From NCBI RefSeq assembly GCF_009914755.1, contig NC_060927.1: a DNA stretch of 64,000 nucleotides, one strand, 5' to 3'. A program made the position numbers and the translations under genes. This stretch comes from the human T2T-CHM13v2.0 reference genome, Homo sapiens. This document shows positions 30,595-48,685 of the stretch, in pieces (the first letter of the stretch is position 1; every line of letters begins with the position of its first letter). The notes under the pieces were generated by a model, which worked only from the letters and a program-made list of their open reading frames with translations, had not been told where the DNA came from and ran no database searches.

Positions 30595-31870
30595 ATGTGA
30601 TGCCATTCCTTGTCCACTATAGTCCAGATCCACCTCTCCAGTGTATTGCGGAAGATTTGAACAACACTATCAACGGGAATTCCAGTGGGATGCTCTTGCT
30701 GAAGGAAACTTAAGAGGAAAATTGCAGCTGATCTTGAAGCTACAAGTATACTCATTGCTTCCCTCTTCCCCAGTTTATTCTAGATTTCCCCCACTCTCAG
30801 GTCACGCTTATGCTGGTCTTAGTGGTTCAAATGATGACACAATGCAGACACTCATCTCTGCAGTGTCTCAATGTCTGGTCACCATACCTTTCTCAGGACA
30901 GATCTGCTGCACTTGCCCAGCTACCATCAAAACTGGGAAAGCGAATACCAGGAGGGATCCAAGTGGATCTTCTGGTTCCCCTTTATTCCTCCCTACCCTC
31001 ATTGTGCAGCAGAAAACCATAAGTTTCTCCTAATGATGAGGGCCAATTCTCCTTGACAAAATGAAGACCCCTCTTCTTGCCTGCTGGCCATGAAGAACTT
31101 GACATGCCTAGGTGGCAGATGCAGCTTATGGTTCAAGTGGGTTCTTGGCATAAGTGTTCCTCTCTTTGGGGACCCAGACCTCTAAGTTTGCAGAGCCCAG
31201 AGTTGCAAGAAGATGAAACTCACCAGCTAGAGGTGATAGGTGGAATCACCCCTTTGGATGCATGCATTCCTCTTTTTGGGGATGCAGATCCACCTAATAG
31301 TTTTCAGTTTGTATACAACATCCTGGAGGATAGTGTCCCATCTTGATTCAGTGTCACCTGTGAACTGGAACTTCAGCTGTGCCTTCAGCAGGCCATTGCA
31401 AGCCTATGAGGTCAGAAGCTTTTGGGTGGTAAGTGTGATATAACCAGTAGATCTTGTGATCACAGGCCTGCTCCTATACCTCCTTCCCTGGAAAGTGGGC
31501 CCCCTGGTCTGATGTGATGTGCAAATGGGTCATATTTTCTGTAAGTTCTCAGATGGAGGTGCTGTCAGGAAAGGCAAACCCATATGTAAAATATGTGTCC
31601 ATTTCTGTCCAAACACATTTCTGGCCCTTCCTTAATGCAAAAGGACAGATATAGTCAACTTCCCACTTCCTGGCTGCCTGGTCCCCTCAAGGAATGGTGT
31701 CATGTCTGGGGCTTAGCATTGGTCTCTGTTGCTGGAAGGTTGGCCACTTGGTGGCAGCAATAGCTCGATCAGCCTCTACGGGTGGAAGCCCATGCTGCTG
31801 GGCCCAGGCAGAGCCTTCATCTCTGCCACTGTGGTGACTTTGTTATTGTGCCACTTGTCAGCACTAGAGT
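30595..31870 (-). mobile_element. Degenerate ERVL/MaLR internal sequence
   Basis: Higher GC with remembered MaLR-internal motifs (gaaaggcaaacccata, ccatgctgctgggccca). No intact ORF. Confidence 0.5.
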
Positions 31871-32589
31871 AGGCATTTAAGATTTTCAGAAGCATCAACT
31901 CAGATGACTCTGTCACATGTGCCCCATTCTTTCCCAATCAGAGCTCTGGCCTGGGCATAGCAGACCTACTTTGGTTGGGAATTCAATCTTTGGAGCTGGT
32001 CTGCTCTGATGATTAGATCCTAGGCTTGGTCCTTAGTCTCCTTGCCCTCCCACTGCAGAGATGAGCCCTTCTTTGTGTGCTGCTAAAGAAGCCCCCCTGG
32101 CTTTCACACTTGGCTTTCAATGACCTGCTAATCACTCAGCCATTTGTTAATTTTTTTCTAGAGCTGTGATAGAGCTTATATCTCTATATACTAGTTTCCC
32201 CTGATTTTTCAAATGCTTGATATGTTCTACCACTTAGTGCATTTGCCTTTGCAGTTTCAGCTATAAAATAGAAACCTTGCGCTAGATGTCTATCTCTACT
32301 TGGACCATATCTCACTCCCTTTACCTTTTTACTCCCTCTTGCCTGGAATGCTGTCATCATGCTTGAGGCCAAGCAACCTGTGACAAGGTAGTCACAAGCA
32401 CACAGGACATGACTAAGCAGCAAGACAAAGAAATCATCCCAGATAGCAATGTGGAGCAACGGTACCACTCTAGACAACCAACCTTTGATCTTACCATTAT
32501 ACAACAAAAATGAAACCAGCTGAAGCCACTAGATTTTTTATTTCTGTTTCAAAAAAATGTAACTCATCTTAACTGTGTTGATTATCAAA

Positions 32590-35070
32590 ATATTATACTA
32601 AGCATTTTTTAAATTTAGATGAAATTAACAAGTTCATGAGAATCACTTGCCAAATTAATTAGTACTGGCTTATGAAGAGAAATTTAATCTGTGGTTTAAA
32701 ATTTTCTCATAGCACACCCAGAAATCCTAGATTTTAACCATCAAGTTTCATCAACCACTTATGGAACAGATCATTGCAAATGTACGTATATTTTTCCAGA
32801 AAACAGAAAATAATGGTACACTCTTTAATCATTTTTTGATTATTATATCTTGATTGCAAAAGCAGGAACAAGAAAGCAGTATGAAAAATTGCAGGCCAAT
32901 CTCATTCATGAACTTGATAGGCTCAAAGCAAAAGGAATTTATTGATGGCATTTTTAAAAATATAATAAATTTATAATTAAATTGGGTTAATCCCAGTAAT
33001 ACAAGGTTAGTTAACATTTAAAAAATTATCAGTGTAAATTTTTCACATCAGCAGATTAGTGAAGAAAAACCACATGATTCTCACAGGTGTGGAAAAAGCA
33101 TTTAGTGAAATGTTATATTCATTCGAGATAAAACTCTTTGCAAACTAGAAATGGAAGGGGAATTATTTAACCAGATAGAAAATATCTTCAATAAACCTAT
33201 AGAAAACATCATACTTAAAGTGACATATTATAGTAGTTTCTTCAAAATCAAGAACAAATCAAGAACGTCTGCTTTTATCACTTTTATTCAATATCATAAT
33301 TAGGGTCCTAGCCAGAAACAATTAAGAAGGAAGAAATGAAGCTGTTATGATCATCAATATGGAAAACAGAAAATAATCCATAGGTAAATTATTAGAATTA
33401 ATATATGTTTAACAACATTGCAGGATATATAGAAAACACTGTATTTTATAGTAGGCAAGAAACAAAATATAAATTTTAAATAATGCCTTTTTTATAAAAG
33501 CAACCATGAAAAATCATATAGCTGAACATAAAGCTCAGAAAATATAGGAAGAAAATGTGGAAAAAATTATAACTCTTTTGGAAAACTTTTGAAGAAGTCC
33601 CAAATAAATGGATAGGAATTGTTATGGTTAGAAAACCTTGGTATTATAATGATGCCAATTGTGTCTAATAGACCTATTGGTTCTACAAAATTGAAGCTCA
33701 ATAGCTTTTTTCTTAGAATTTGTTAAAATAATTCCAAAATGTACATGGTAGAACAAAGAACCAGCATAGCCTAGATGTTTCCAAAGAAGAAGAATAGGAT
33801 ACAGTAACATTATTATTATAAAGTTAGAGTAACTAAGACAGTATGGTTTGGGTACAGGGATATAAACTAGAATAATGAAACAGAAGACAGAGCCTAGAAA
33901 CAGAGACACACCTATGAAGAAACGTGACCATGTCAGAGACAACATTGCAAATCAGTGAGAGATGGATCGACCATCCAACAAAATGGTGCTGTTTCAAAGT
34001 TATCCATGTGAAAAAATATAGAATTAAATATTCATATCCAATTGGTGGATACCTCATGCTATACTAAAAGAAGCCATTTCGGATGAATTAGACTTAAATG
34101 TGAGAGGCTAAACTTTTACAACTGTAAGAAGAAGAAAATATAGGAGAAAGTCTACAAATGAGTTAGAGAAAGGGTTTTCTTAAGCAAGATATTCAAAGTG
34201 CTTTAAAAAGATATTAAAAATGATTGATAAGTGAGCCTATGTTAAACTTCAAAACTTTTTTTTCTCAAAGTACTCCAAAAAGAATGAAAAGATAATTCAA
34301 AAACTGGAAAAATATATTTTCCACACAGATGACTGATGAGGGATAGAAATAGAATATATAAAGAATATCTATGAATCAATCAGTTAAAGACACTCCAGTA
34401 AAAACCTGGCCAAAAGTCATAAGTATTTCACAGGAGAATAAAACCTGATATGTAATAAACATGTTAAAAATGGTCATGTTAATAGTATGATAATTAGGAA
34501 ACTGCAAATTAAAATCATAATGAGATGTCATGTTGCAACTATCAAAAAGGCAAAATGTAATAAATCAGACAATATCAAATGGATATGAACAAAGAAATGT
34601 TTATGTACTCTACTTGGGAGTGTTAAGTGGTATCAGCATTTTGGGAAAAAATTTGTACTATATTCTAAAGTTGAAAATACTTATAACATATAAACTGGCA
34701 CTTTCACTCCTAGGCCTATAATTCCCCAGATAAATCCTGACTCCTGTGTTCTAGGAGTCACACAGCATGTTCATAGCAGCCTGGTGGCAATAGCAAAACA
34801 CTGAAAGCATTCTGCGAGTCCATGGACAGGAGTATGCGGAAACACGTCACATAACGAACTATATCATCAATGTGGCTCAGTCTCAGGAACTTAATTTTGA
34901 ATAAGAAAAACAAGTCACAGAAGTATACCGATAGCATGATTCTGTTGAAGTTAAGTATAAAATCTGGCAAAACGCAACAAAATATGTTTAGGCAAACATA
35001 TATCCATGTCAAAATGATAAAGAAAACCAAGGGAATAATAAACACAAAATTCTAGATGATGGTTACCTTT
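32590..35070 (+). mobile_element. Old L1M (L1ME/MC-like) ORF2 3' half and 3' UTR
   Basis: Collinear decayed RT-region motifs such as aaaaccacatgattctcacaggtgtggaaaaagcattt. Confidence 0.75.
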
Positions 35071-35084
35071 GTCAGAAGAAAATA

Positions 35085-35610
35085 TTTTTCCTATCACTGC
35101 ATAACAAATTACTCTGATACTCAGTAACTTAAAGCAACAGGTATTTATCATCTCATAGTTTCTATGGATCACGAATCTGGGTTTTCCATCTCCGAAAGAG
35201 ACTCTTACAGGTTGCAAGGTGTCACCTGGGGCTGCAGGCAACTCAAGACTCTACTGGAAAGAAACCACTTCTAGGTGCCCTCACGTGATTGTTGGCAGGA
35301 TTCAGTTCCTCGTGAGCTGTTGGACTGAATTCTCAGATCCTTGATAGCTTTTGGCCAAAGCCCACACTCAGTTTTGTGCCATGGCACTGGCTTTATTAGA
35401 GTGGGTGAGCGATGGAGCAAGAGGCAGGCCAGAAAGAAGCCAGAGTCTTTTATAACCTAATCTCAGAATGACAACCTGTTGCTTTTGCCGTATTCTATTC
35501 ATTACAAACAAGTTACTAGGGCCAGCCCACACTCAAGGGGATGGAATTACCCAAGAGTATTCCAGGAGGCAGGAATTACTGAGAGCCCTTTTAGAAGCTG
35601 CCTACCTCAT
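35085..35610 (-). mobile_element. MLT1 solo LTR
   Basis: ctgcataacaaattac...cttaaagcaac start and gccagcccacactcaagggga near the end. Confidence 0.7.
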
Positions 35611-35615
35611 ATCTA

Positions 35616-35617
<2 letters not shown>

Positions 35618-35666
<49 letters not shown>
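35618..35666. repeat. (TG)n microsatellite
   Basis: Directly visible. Confidence 0.98.
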
Positions 35667-35668
<2 letters not shown>

Positions 35669-36454
35669 CTGTATTAAATCTTCCGTAACAACAAAACCTC
35701 CTCAGTAGCTCTCTGGGAACTTCAGGATCAAAAAAGCAGGTAACCCCATGCTAAGAGGCTCAGTTCCGTGACCTGGCCCTGTTTTCTCTTCCTTCCTCCC
35801 CTGTCTTTCCTATCAGACAATTGATTTAAGTTTCCCAAATAAGTAAGGCTGTTAAGCCTCCAAGCACTTTTCCATGCTGCACTCCACCTAAAGTGTCCTC
35901 ACTTACCTTCTCCACTCATCTGGTGAACAAGCATCCCATCTCCCAGAAAGCCTTCTCTGCCCCTGCTCCTCATCTTCCCCCACCCTCAGGCCTGTGCTGG
36001 GTTCTGCTGATCTCATGGTAGCTTGGGTATTCGCTCCCTTCCACTCTGGGCTCTTGAAGAGTAGGGCCCTGCCTCCCTGTTTTGCCTCCCTGGTACCAGG
36101 CCCAGAGCCGGGCACATAAACCACTGTCAGTGAAACTGTGCTGACTGAATGATGGGACATTGATACTTCTGCAGCAAAGCATATGCGTAGTCATAGCAAG
36201 GGAGTAAATCGAGGCCATAAAGAGCCTTATGGCAGTTCAGGTGGGGCTTTGTTGCCAAAGAAGTTATTTTAAAAACTCAGTTTTCAGAGCTTTTGACCTT
36301 TAGAATTTTAGATAAGGGATTGTGGTTGCTTGAAATATCCAGCATTATTGTAAGGCTTTTTTAAGTTAGACTTTTTATTTTGTGAAAAACATTTAAACCC
36401 ACAAAAAGCTTCTAGTGTATTGCACTTAATTTCCATATATCCTTCATTTCTTCC

Positions 36455-39260
<2,806 letters not shown>

Positions 39261-39313
39261 GCATATACCCTTCATTTACTGTTAACTTGTTAACATCTTG
39301 GAATGTTTGCTTT

Positions 39314-39316
<3 letters not shown>

Positions 39317-39362
<46 letters not shown>
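39317..39362. repeat. (TG)n microsatellite
   Basis: Directly visible. Confidence 0.98.
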
Positions 39363-39365
<3 letters not shown>

Positions 39366-39873
39366 ACAGACTAATGATTCCCCAAAGATGTCTGCATCTT
39401 TATCTCTGGAGCCTATGAGTATATTTTGTTACATGGCAAGAAAGAATTAAGATTACAGATGAAATTAAGGTTTCTAATCAGCTGACTTTAAGATAATGAC
39501 AGTACACTGGATTATTCAGGTCGACCCAATGCAATCACAAAGGGCCTTATAAACAAGGAAAATGGAGGCAGGAGAGTCAGAACCAGGGAGATAGCATCGT
39601 GAGAAAGACTCAACCAGCCATTACTTGTTTTAAAGATGAAAAGGGGCCAAGAGCCAGGGAATGCAGGCAACTTCTAGAAGCTGGAAAAGGCAAGAAAACA
39701 GATTATCTCCTCAAGCCTCCAGAAAGGAATGCAGGTTGGCTGACTCCTTGATTTTAGCCCAGTGAGACCCATTTTGGATTTCTGACTTCCATAACTGTTA
39801 AATAATAAATTTGTGCTACTTAAAGCCCTAAGTTTCTGGTAACTTGTTAAAGCAACAATCAGAAGCTAATATA
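39361..39873 (+). mobile_element. MLT1D-like solo LTR
   Basis: ccccaaagatgtc, tctagaagctggaaaaggcaagaaaacagatt, ttgattttagcccagtgagacccat. Confidence 0.8.
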
Positions 39874-41634
39874 GTGTGCATACTATTTACATATCCTCAT
39901 TCAATTTTTTGTTTTAATTCCTTTTTTTCAGTTAAAAGTAAATTGCAGAGATTAAGAACATTCTCTTATATAACTATAGTCCAATGACCAAATATGGGGA
40001 AATTAACATTTATGCATTGCTGCTATCTAATGTACAGTGCATATTCAAGTGATTCTCCCAAAAAGATTCAGTTCAGAATCACAGGCTGCATTTAGTTATC
40101 ACGTCTGTTTAGTCTCCTTCAATCCAGAGCTATTCTCAGTTTCACTTTGAAGACACTAATCCTTTTGAAAGTACAGATCAATTATTTTGTAGAATGACCT
40201 GTAATTTGGGTTTGTCTTATTTTATCTTTATGATGAGATTGAGGTTATGCACCTTAGGGAAGGAATACCACAGAAGGGATGTTGTGTGGCTGCAAGGTTA
40301 ATTCTATTCCTGAAACAATTAGAAAATAATTACAAATGCAACCCAATTTTCAACTTAGGTGAGAAATAATTTAGAAAAAAATCCACCCTGACAATTTTCC
40401 CAATCGAAACCTATTTCTAGTTGAAAAGATTTTAGAAACAGAGTTGACTTGAGACTTAAATAGAAATAAGGTGTCGCGCCCCTTCAGAAGCCTAGGGGGT
40501 GTCCAGCAGCTGCTGTGGGGCATGGAGCCACTGTCTGGATGTCCACAGTGGTTCTTCCCCTCTGAGCTGAGGAGCAGGCACTGAGAACCTTCAGAACCTG
40601 GAGACAGCATCCACCCACAGAGGAGTGTCCCTGAACATCTGTTAGATTAACGTTTTATCAAAATGCACAAGATGCCCAAGAGCCTGATAGATGACAACCA
40701 TTAAAACACAGAGAGAAATAAAGAATGGTTTCATAGTCTTCTGTGATGATAAAGGGCAAATTAAATATGGTTTGAATAAACTCATTTGCCATTAGGTACT
40801 TGCCCTTTAACAGACTATTTAGTACTGTTGTATATATACAAGTTTGTGCTGCATATTAATACTTTTGTGATTGAATGGTATAATTTAGCTAGAATGAGAT
40901 TATGAAGTTGAAAACAGCAGCTGGGTGCTCCCAGACTCCCTACTTCATAGAAGAATAGTCTGTAAAACGTTGACATTGTTTCTTTAAAACAATTTGATTC
41001 TGATTCTAATTGCAGTTGTGATAAATGCTCTCTTTTTAATCTCCCTCTAGCCCCCCTCCACTTTTTTGGGATGGGATTTCATGCTGACTTGAGTGGGCAC
41101 GAGAGCAAATGCTTTGCTATGTCATGCAGGAAATCAAGGATTTAAAATAATATTGTGTTTATTGGTGCAATTTCCTCTCTGTTCCTGGAGGGCTTTACTT
41201 TAAAGCAGGTGGGAAGAGGGGAAGAGCCCAGGCCTGCAGTAGGCCTGTTCCAGCACTTCCCTTAGTCCTCACTCATTGAGAAACTATTCTCAGGCTGGGA
41301 AGCACAGAATACAGTCATTGGTTTTCTTGTTTATTCGTTTATTCATATTCAGCATATGTTTACGGAATTATAGTGAAATCATGGCAGAGCTTCATGGAAT
41401 TTAGAACTTCCTTCAACAGTTCTTCATTGTGTATAGTGAAAGACCATTAAAATTGTGCTCACAGTTATATCTGTGGGAGAGACAGAGCTGAGAGGAGAAA
41501 GAGCTCCTCTCTAAAGGCCCCTGCAAGTAGAGTTTCCATTTACGATTGCGCCCCTGGAGTTTCAGATTTGGGAACTGAGACAAATTCTAAGGGCAGAAAG
41601 TCCAGCTCTTTGTGCCACGCAAAGATTTATGTTA

Positions 41635-42017
<383 letters not shown>

Positions 42018-42029
42018 TCATAAAATCAC

Positions 42030-42220
42030 TACGGTTTCCTAGTTCAGACAGATCTAGGTTCAAATCCTGAGGCTAGCACGTGCTTGGGAACTTGAGCAAG
42101 TCATCTTCTCTTATTTTTCCCATCTGTAAGATGGCAATTATAATGACCAATACGGTTGCTTTGGCCATTAAATTTGATGAGCACCTGTGAGAAGGTTTGG
42201 TACACAGTAGGAGGCTGGTA
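42030..42220 (+). mobile_element. MIR
   Basis: cagacagatctaggttcaaatcc...ttgagcaagtca...catctgtaagatgg. Confidence 0.7.
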
Positions 42221-43224
42221 AGTACAGGGTCCTTCATGCCACCCCACCCCAATCCCCTCCCCAGCTGGAGGAAAGCAATCAATTGCACTTTCATTTAAAC
42301 CCTTTAGCTGCCTGATGTATGCTTAGAGAAAATTTTGCCAGCCTTAGTCTTTTCCTCTTCCAAAAAAAAAAAAAAGAAAAAAATGAGCATTGAGAAAAGA
42401 AAGAATATATATATATTCTCATATATATATATGAGAAACTTTGTCAGTAAGTCAGGTGTTCATCTGTATGAAGGAAAGAAATCACAGTGTAAATTCACCT
42501 TGCCTCAAGTTCCGCAAAGCTAAAGTCAAACCATAATTTGGGAGGTGAGAATAAATTGGTCAATTTTTGGTAGAAGAAATATAGATTTTTCACATTGATT
42601 CCTCTCATGCCATTGCTCTTAGGAACTCCCATAATAAATTCCTTCTTGCGGCTGAATACCAGCCGTGTGTGTTCTGTGGGACCATGTGCCTAAAGGGAGT
42701 CCCTGCTTATCCAGCTTGCATTTTGGGCTGAGTGGTTGTTAGCAGAAGAGTGACACAGAGGCATTTCATCTTTACTCTTATGATACTAGCAAAACATCGT
42801 TAGATTATAAATTCATATTATCCAGGGATTCGTTACCCCAGCCCAAGTTAATTGGCATGGCAAGTGTCTTATGAGAAAAATCTGCAGCGTTAGCTAAGTG
42901 TTTCTATATGAAACAGAGACAGTTGTGTAGATGGTTAGATGTCCTTACTCTTTGTTACTTCTCTTAGAGACTGAGAATTCAATTGTTGAGGTGCTCAGGG
43001 TGCAACTGTTTCAGCATCAGTAATTTCCAGTGTCTTCTGCTTCTTCATCTGGCAAATGGAGACAATAATACCCATCCCCTAGAGTTGTTCCTGAGATCCA
43101 GAAGGAGCATGAAAGAGAAGGCACTCTCGTTGTGATGATTTTGCTCTCATTCTGGAAGCTGCAGAGGAGACGTCTGCATTTCAGAGAGATGCGCTGTGCC
43201 AGCGATTCTCAGCAAGAACAGGAC

Positions 43225-43243
43225 TGTGCACGAGGGGGCGCTC
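43225..43243 (+). promoter_or_regulatory. Candidate CTCF site
   Basis: TGTGCACGAGGGGGCGCTC matches the CTCF consensus TGGCCACCAGGGGGCGCTA at 15 of 19 positions. Confidence 0.5.
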
Positions 43244-44771
43244 GGGAGGCTTGAGCGGTGCTTTCCGCCTTCAGGCTGATAGGAGAGGAGGACACTTGGT
43301 GGGTGTGGGTGGGGGTTGCTGGCAGCCCTGCAAAGTGTGGGACAACTCCATACAACACAGCTGTCATGAACCTCACATGAATTCTTAGTATTCTACCAGA
43401 AACTGACGTAGTGAACCACCTGCTCATAACTACTTGATCCTAGAACTCTGTTTTATAAATAAACAGAAGTATTTTTGGGTGGTTTCAATATACAGTGTTT
43501 CCTAGAAATGCATCTACTGTGTAAATCAAGGCAAAATTCGTTTGATTGAAACTTTGCCGAGAGTTGTTTGCCATTTCAGACAGCCACAACACCAATGACA
43601 CTACCACTCCTGTATCTGAGTCACAAATAACCCCCCTGGTTATCAGCCTGCATTTGAAGCTGCTTTGCTCACAGTGAGTTTACCTGTAAGTATTGGCATC
43701 TGACTGCTTCATCGTATCTGCTGCTGAAATTGTGCCCGAGCACCTATATATTAAACTACATATTATTACAAATCACTTTCCTTTTATTTCTCCTTTATAT
43801 TGGAATTAGGACATTATATTGATTGGGATATATTACATGTACATTTTTTTCAAGATGATAAAGGAGGCCTTGCAAAATATTTGTTATACAAAGGGAAGTT
43901 TGATCAGGAAGGCTGAAACCTTCTGAACTAGGAGATCACTGAAGTTCCAGAATTCTGCATCATGTCTGATTTGGATGCTGTGGTTTATATCGATTTAAAT
44001 TAGGTTCATCTGCCTGGAACAAAATACCCAAGTAAGAGGCTTAAACATGACAGAAGTCTGTTTCTCTTTCTCAGAAATGAAGTACAAAGATAGGCATTTG
44101 GGGCCGGCATGTCAATTCTAATGGTCATCCATCAGGGACCCAGCCTCCTTCTCCGTTCCTATTCCCTTATCCTTAATGCCAGGCTTCCATTTTCAAGGCT
44201 GTTGCATGATCCAAGATGATATTGGAGCTCCAGTCATCATGGCCACAGTTAAAGCAGGAAGCTAGGAATGGGAGGAAGGCAATAGGGTGCCCCGCCACTA
44301 TCTGTTCCCTTATAAGGAGCTTACTCAGAAGTCCCATGCCACAACTTCTACTCATGTCACATTTGCCACCCCTAACTGCAAGATAACTTGGGAAATGTAG
44401 TTTTCAAGCTGAGCACATTGTTCTCCATTATAAAATCAGAATTCTATAATAAGAAAGGAAGGGAGAAAGGATATTAGGGTGGCATTTACCAATTTCAGTT
44501 GGGGCTGCTGCTAGTGTTGTTGATATGCAAGTACCTCCCTCCCCAGGCTTAGGGAGCCCATTGTCATGAAAAGAACAAAGGCTATGAAGCCCAAAAGACC
44601 TGGGTCACATTATAACCCTTCCATTTACTTATTATTAATATATGGTGACCTTAGCCAAGTGACTGAGCCTGTTTGAGCCTCATTTTCCTCAGCTGTACAA
44701 TGGAGATACAAGTAGTACCTACCTTCTAGGGTCATGATGAGGTTTAAATAAGAAATTGTAAAAGCCCTTAG

Positions 44772-45300
<529 letters not shown>

Positions 45301-45995
45301 TTAGTTTTTCTGGGCTTTTCTCCATGGTCCTTTCCGGCAGGGCCAGCCAGAGGCCAAAATCTTGAACATAGTGAAGTCGCTTTGCAGCATCTGCCTCCCC
45401 TGGCTGCACCAGGAAAGATCTGACCAGTGATTTTTGAACTTCTCGTCTGCTTCATTTCCAGAGAGGAAGTGCTTTTGAAATGACTTTGTTCATGTAAGCA
45501 CCATTTACCACCAAAAGGAACCAGGACTCCTTGGAGAAATGATTGATTCCAGGGCTGGGGCAGGATACGTACAAGATATGCCTAAGACATCCTGTGCCAG
45601 CGAGCAGGAAAGCTCTCAGGACTTCCAGGCTATGCCAGAAGGATATAGAGTCCAACTTGAAGGAGCTTTCAGTGGCCAAAGATGAGACAATTTGAGCATC
45701 AAAAAGAATAATAATTATAGTGTACTGAAATATCATACATATTAGAAATCCTCTTTAAATGATACTCAAAAACTTATTTTTTTGGCGAATAAATTTATTT
45801 ATTTGTTTTTATTTTTAAAATGGACATATTATAATTGAACATATTATGGGGTACATAGTGATGTTTTGATCTACAAAATATATAGTGATCAGATCAGGGT
45901 GTATTGTGAGTTTCTCGGTTTGTTTTGTTTTGTTTTGTTTTAATTTACAGGGAATAAGTCATTATTCTGAAAAAAAGGTAAATAAAAGAAAATAA

Positions 45996-46421
<426 letters not shown>

Positions 46422-48126
46422 TAAATTAGAAAACCAGCATTTTGCAACTCTTATTGAAATCTAAGCCTCAATCATTAATGCTGCTAAAATCATTAGGTAA
46501 ACGGTGAGGGTGTCTTATGATGGATAAATCAGGATGACACCAGCTGAACCCGCTGGTCAATTTTAACATGGCCAAAAGCATAACATCTAGATGTAAGGTT
46601 CCTCAAGGCGTTATGCCATAGAAAATACACAGCACCATCATGAAGTATTCTTGTTAAAAAAAAAATTGAACTAAACCAAGCTTATGGACAGTCCTACCAC
46701 TTTACAGGAAATACAGGGGATGAAACAACGTGTTAAGAAACGCTGTGAGGATACAATCTGCCATGTCCAGAATGTCAGAAATTCCACAGGATAAATGACT
46801 CTTTCTTTAATCAATAAGTAATACAAGATTAAAAAGTCAAGGAGGATATTGTTATAGGTTAAAATAAATGTAAAAGACATTAAGACACATAAGCCATATG
46901 CAGTGTAAGGAGCATAATTGGATTCTGATTTAGACAAACCAAATACAAAAAGACATCTTAAGACAATTGGAGAAACATGAACACGGATTGGGTATTAGAT
47001 GATTTTAAGAAATCGTCATAATGGTATTGTGGTAATGTTTTTTAAAAGTCTGTATCTAAGGGTAAAATAATATGATATCTAAGATTTACTTCAGAATGCT
47101 CCAGAAAAAAAAATAGAAGTGAGGAGAGAATAAGTGGACTAGATGAAAGAACTCGGGCACATGCTACTGACTGACAGGAGACTGACAGTCTTTCTGGGCA
47201 CCCATCCTCTGCCTGCTGGGAACTCCCAGTGATTCATGACTATGCATCATGACTGGGAATATGATTCCTGCACTTGAGGTTAAAAAGAAGAGAAAGGGAG
47301 CTGAAGAAGTTAGGTGAAATCAGTGGAAAAAGAAAACGAACGGGTTTAATCAAAATTGGGTATTGCTTTGCTCACATACTTGAAAGCTTCAAGCAATGCA
47401 GGACTCAGGCCCCCAGGACTGTTCCTCCCTCATCTCCTGGTCCTATTTTCTTTATAATTCAGCCTTGGGAATGCTTACTCTGCAGGATGCTCTGATCCCT
47501 CAAGGCCAATCACCCACCTATTGTTTCTGCCATTCCAGTGGAGAGAGGGCTCCTCTTTTCTAAGAAGACAGCAGAAGTCCCAGGATGGGGTCTCCCTGGC
47601 GGACTTGGGTCACCTGCACAAACCTGAGCCCATTGCTTTGTCCCAGGAATTGAATATGATGAGGGGCCTTGGCAAAGAAGACATAAAGAGATTCCTCTAT
47701 CACTTCACTATCTCCAGCCTCCATTTCCTCGTCTGTAACATGGACAGTGCTGTCTACCTGAGGAATCAATGGGATCTATAAAATTCCTAGCACTCAAAAT
47801 GTGATAAGCATAACTGCTCTTACCTCCACCCTCACTGTTGGTTCTACTGCTATTACTTTATGTGGAGACAGAGCTTGTGCTACAGGCTCCCTTTGAGTTG
47901 GCATGTGTGTGCCTCATGACAGCCACCTCATGTCACTACCCTCTTCCTCAGGGACATCAGAGAGCCCTAGAATTGGCAAAATACCTGGTAAAGTGGGGGT
48001 CGCTACACAGAAATTGGTTAGGCCACTTCTTTATGTTTACAAAATGTGTTTAGTCGTCCAGATTGGTTGTGCTCCAGCACAAAGATGTGTGGTCAAAATC
48101 TCTCTTTTTCAAAAACAATTATTTTA

Positions 48127-48419
48127 GGTCAAGCATGGTGGCTTATGCCCGTGACCCCAGCACTTTGGGATGCAGAGGCTTGAAGCCAGTTTGAGACCAG
48201 CCTGAGTAACATAACCAGACCCCATCTCTACAAAATAAAAATACAAAAATTAGCCAAGTGTGGTGGTGCGTGCTTGTAGTCCCAGCTTCTAAGGAGGCTG
48301 AAGCAAGAGGATCACTTGAGCCCAGGAAGTCAAGGCTGCATGAGCTATGATTGTGCCACGGCACCCCAGCCTGGTTGACAGGGTGAGACCGTGTCTCTAA
48401 AATAAATAAATAAATAAAC
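48127..48419 (+). mobile_element. AluJ with left-arm deletion and (TAAA)n tail
   Basis: ggatcacttgagcccaggaagtcaaggctgca. Confidence 0.88.
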
Positions 48420-48685
48420 ATTTAAAAACACATATCTTATCATCTTATTATGATATGAATATCTCTAGTCAAGCAATTTGGCAGCTTGATTCATTTGTCT
48501 CTATTGAACATGCTGGCTTGTGATAACACAGGTTGAGGAATTTTCAGTGTTTTGTCTTTCTAACCTTGGATAGAAGTCATGTGCAGAGGCCAAGAGCTCA
48601 ACATTCATTCTGTAAAAAGAATCTGGTGAAGTAGATCAAGAACATAGGCTTTAAGGCAATCCTAAGCAAAAAGAACCAAGCTGGA

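Noticed and set aside
30641-31443. ORFs of 60-130 aa as a small gene
   Set aside because: They lie on the antisense strand of decayed ERVL/MaLR-like internal sequence and show no recognisable domain.
41545-41560. Second CTCF-like motif (gcgcccctggag)
   Set aside because: One G short in the core and a poor match in the CCAC half.
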